Below are positions 6,601 through 7,553 of a stretch of DNA of 7,553 nt, piece by piece. A program made the translations under genes and the position numbers. Position 1 is the stretch's first letter; each line of letters opens with the position of its first letter. Source of the DNA: Candidatus Nanopusillus sp. (lineage in GTDB: Archaea > Nanobdellota > Nanobdellia > Nanobdellales > Nanobdellaceae); NCBI GenBank assembly GCA_028275885.1, contig JAPWTW010000011.1, positions 1 through 7,553 on the forward strand. The letters are read 5' to 3'. Under the pieces are notes generated by a model that searched no databases, was not told the DNA's origin, and was given only the letters and a program-made list of their open reading frames with translations.

Positions 6601-7287
6601 TTATGACTGCATATTCTCAATGGCAACTGCATATAAAGTATATAGATAAGGTGGATAAAATATCCCCACTAATATTTCTAATATCAACAATAATATTGGA
6701 CCAATGAGTGGTATAAATAAAAAGAAGATAATATAAAATATAAAAATTATAAAGGCTGGAATAAAACTTATTAAAAGTAAATATATAGATTTTTTGACAT
6801 AAATCTTAAATTTATCTACTTTACCAATTATACTTCCAAACAGTGTATAAAGCAATAATATGTACAATATTAAACCTATTATCATTATTATTAAACCTAT
6901 AATAATAGAATTTATTAAAAACTCATCAGATTCTATCATAAAGAAATATAAAAGAACTCCAACAATCATTATTATAAAACCAATCATTGCAACCAATAAT
7001 GGAATCATTATTGATTTAAATGCTACATCGTACTTTGGATCTACCTTTATATTAAGTTTATTATAATACCATACAACCATCTTTGGAAATAATTTAGCAT
7101 ATAAATACCAACCCAGAACAGGTATTAAAGCTATAAATGCAAGAAAGTTCATTACCACACCTACAATAAATGCCTCTAACAATTTTTGTTTATATATATC
7201 ATATGATTTAATAACATAATCTAATGCCTCCATAAATATTCCCTTATCAAATATATTTTTAAAAGAATTATTATAATAATCATTCAT
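6601..7287 (-). CDS. Polytopic membrane protein, divergent third member of the P1/P2 family (P3, 228 aa)
   Basis: Complete ORF. It retains both family blocks in diverged form (FPKMVVWYYNKLNIKVDPKYDVAFKSIMIPLL and LLLYTLFGSIIGKVDKFKIYVKKSI). The nucleotide sequence of these blocks is not conserved with P1 or P2. An alternative start at M19 (ATG at 7233) would align better with the P1 and P2 N-termini. The TATA-like GATATAAAAAAT about 28 nt upstream of 7287 favours the long form. Confidence 0.8.
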   Translation of the reverse strand: MNDYYNNSFKNIFDKGIFMEALDYVIKSYDIYKQKLLEAFIVGVVMNFLAFIALIPVLGWYLYAKLFPKMVVWYYNKLNIKVDPKYDVAFKSIMIPLLVAMIGFIIMIVGVLLYFFMIESDEFLINSIIIGLIIMIIGLILYILLLYTLFGSIIGKVDKFKIYVKKSIYLLLISFIPAFIIFIFYIIFFLFIPLIGPILLLILEILVGIFYPPYLYTLYAVAIENMQS

Positions 7288-7308
7288 GAAAAAAGATTAT
7301 ATTTACAT

Positions 7309-7320
7309 ATTTTTTATATC
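7309..7320 (-). promoter_or_regulatory. Putative TATA box of P3
   Basis: The minus strand reads GATATAAAAAAT, centred about 28 nt upstream of the ATG at 7287. There is no Shine-Dalgarno sequence. Confidence 0.4.
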
Positions 7321-7348
7321 ATTTATACCACAACTAATTATTTTATTA

Positions 7349-7377
7349 TCATCCCCTCCAATATTATTGTGGGATGA
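7349..7377. other. Hairpin-capable inverted repeat: 7-bp stem TCATCCC/GGGATGA with a 15-nt loop
   Basis: 7349..7355 (tcatccc) is the exact reverse complement of 7371..7377 (gggatga). Four of the seven pairs are G-C, which stands out in this AT-rich spacer. The 3' arm overlaps the perfect 12-nt palindrome ATGAATATTCAT (7374..7385). Confidence 0.55.
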
Positions 7378-7385
7378 ATATTCAT

Positions 7386-7433
7386 ATTTAAACAATATAA
7401 AGCATGTATTATTAAATACACCATACTTTGAAT
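7386..7433. repeat. Intergenic direct repeat, copy B (partner of 6518..6565)
   Basis: See copy A. The offset between cores is 868 nt, so the two copies bracket the P3 gene. Confidence 0.85.
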
Positions 7434-7553
7434 ATTATAGATTTCCATTATTGTGGTGGATGCTAATCCCAATTTCTTATATTACAAATTTCAATATATT
7501 TTTTATAAAATTATTTTTAATTTTTGTTTTTTCTTTATCTGTAGTAGTTTTAT

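Noticed and set aside
6870-6905. Approximately 20-nt periodic repeat ttaaacctat...ttaaacctat inside P3
   Set aside because: It encodes the repeated IIGLI/IIGLI of a TM helix. This is low-complexity hydrophobic coding sequence, not an independent repeat element.
6860-7066. 68-aa plus-strand ORF antisense to P3
   Set aside because: Its translation is dominated by poly-Ile/Lys runs, which mirror the hydrophobic codons of P3. It has no independent support.
7503-7553. Possible 3' end of another minus-strand gene (frame ending IKLLQIKKKQKLKIIL-stop at 7505..7503), or a plus-strand TATA-like TTTTATAAAA at about 7500..7510 driving a gene beyond the window
   Set aside because: Only about 50 nt are available. 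Two minus-strand frames are open, the sequence is low complexity, and nothing discriminates between the alternatives.
1-7553. CRISPR arrays, transposase or integrase genes, toxin-antitoxin pairs or defence-system genes
   Set aside because: No regularly spaced repeats occur, and no ORF carries nuclease, recombinase or transposase motifs. The only repeats are the intragenic identity tracts and the pair flanking P3.

Overview
Extremely AT-rich archaeal window. Hand counts on sample lines give about 17-25% GC over most of it and about 32-38% in the first 390 nt. All seven genes lie on the minus strand. From left to right in + coordinates they are:
- the 5' part of a secreted S-layer-like surface protein, truncated by the window edge and absent from the ORF track
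- two tandem paralogous polytopic membrane proteins
- a free-standing Lhr-type helicase C-terminal module (winged-helix, domain 4 and a zinc ribbon) with no helicase core next to it
- an aldehyde:ferredoxin oxidoreductase (AOR) family enzyme, possibly GAPOR-like
- a TtuA/Ncs6-type PP-loop tRNA 2-thiolation enzyme
- a third, divergent member of the membrane-protein family.
No rRNA, tRNA, C/D-box sRNA, CRISPR array or recognisable transposase was found by eye.
Observations worth a second look:
1. The tandem paralogs share perfectly identical 84-nt and 34-nt tracts that bracket a central segment that does not align. Codon usage changes immediately outside the tracts, which suggests gene conversion or cassette-style mosaicism.
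2. The third paralog is flanked by an imperfect direct repeat with a 48-nt core (about 90% identity) and weaker similarity over about 100 nt. Each copy begins with an ATGAA...TTCAT inverted repeat.
3. The Lhr gene is split at the RecA2/winged-helix boundary. Together with the composition and the leaderless promoter geometry, this points by inference only to a Nanoarchaeota/DPANN-like or other reduced thermophilic archaeal genome.
Every gene has a TATA-like element centred about 24-33 nt upstream of its ATG and no Shine-Dalgarno sequence. All functional calls rest on motif recognition by eye. No database search was run.
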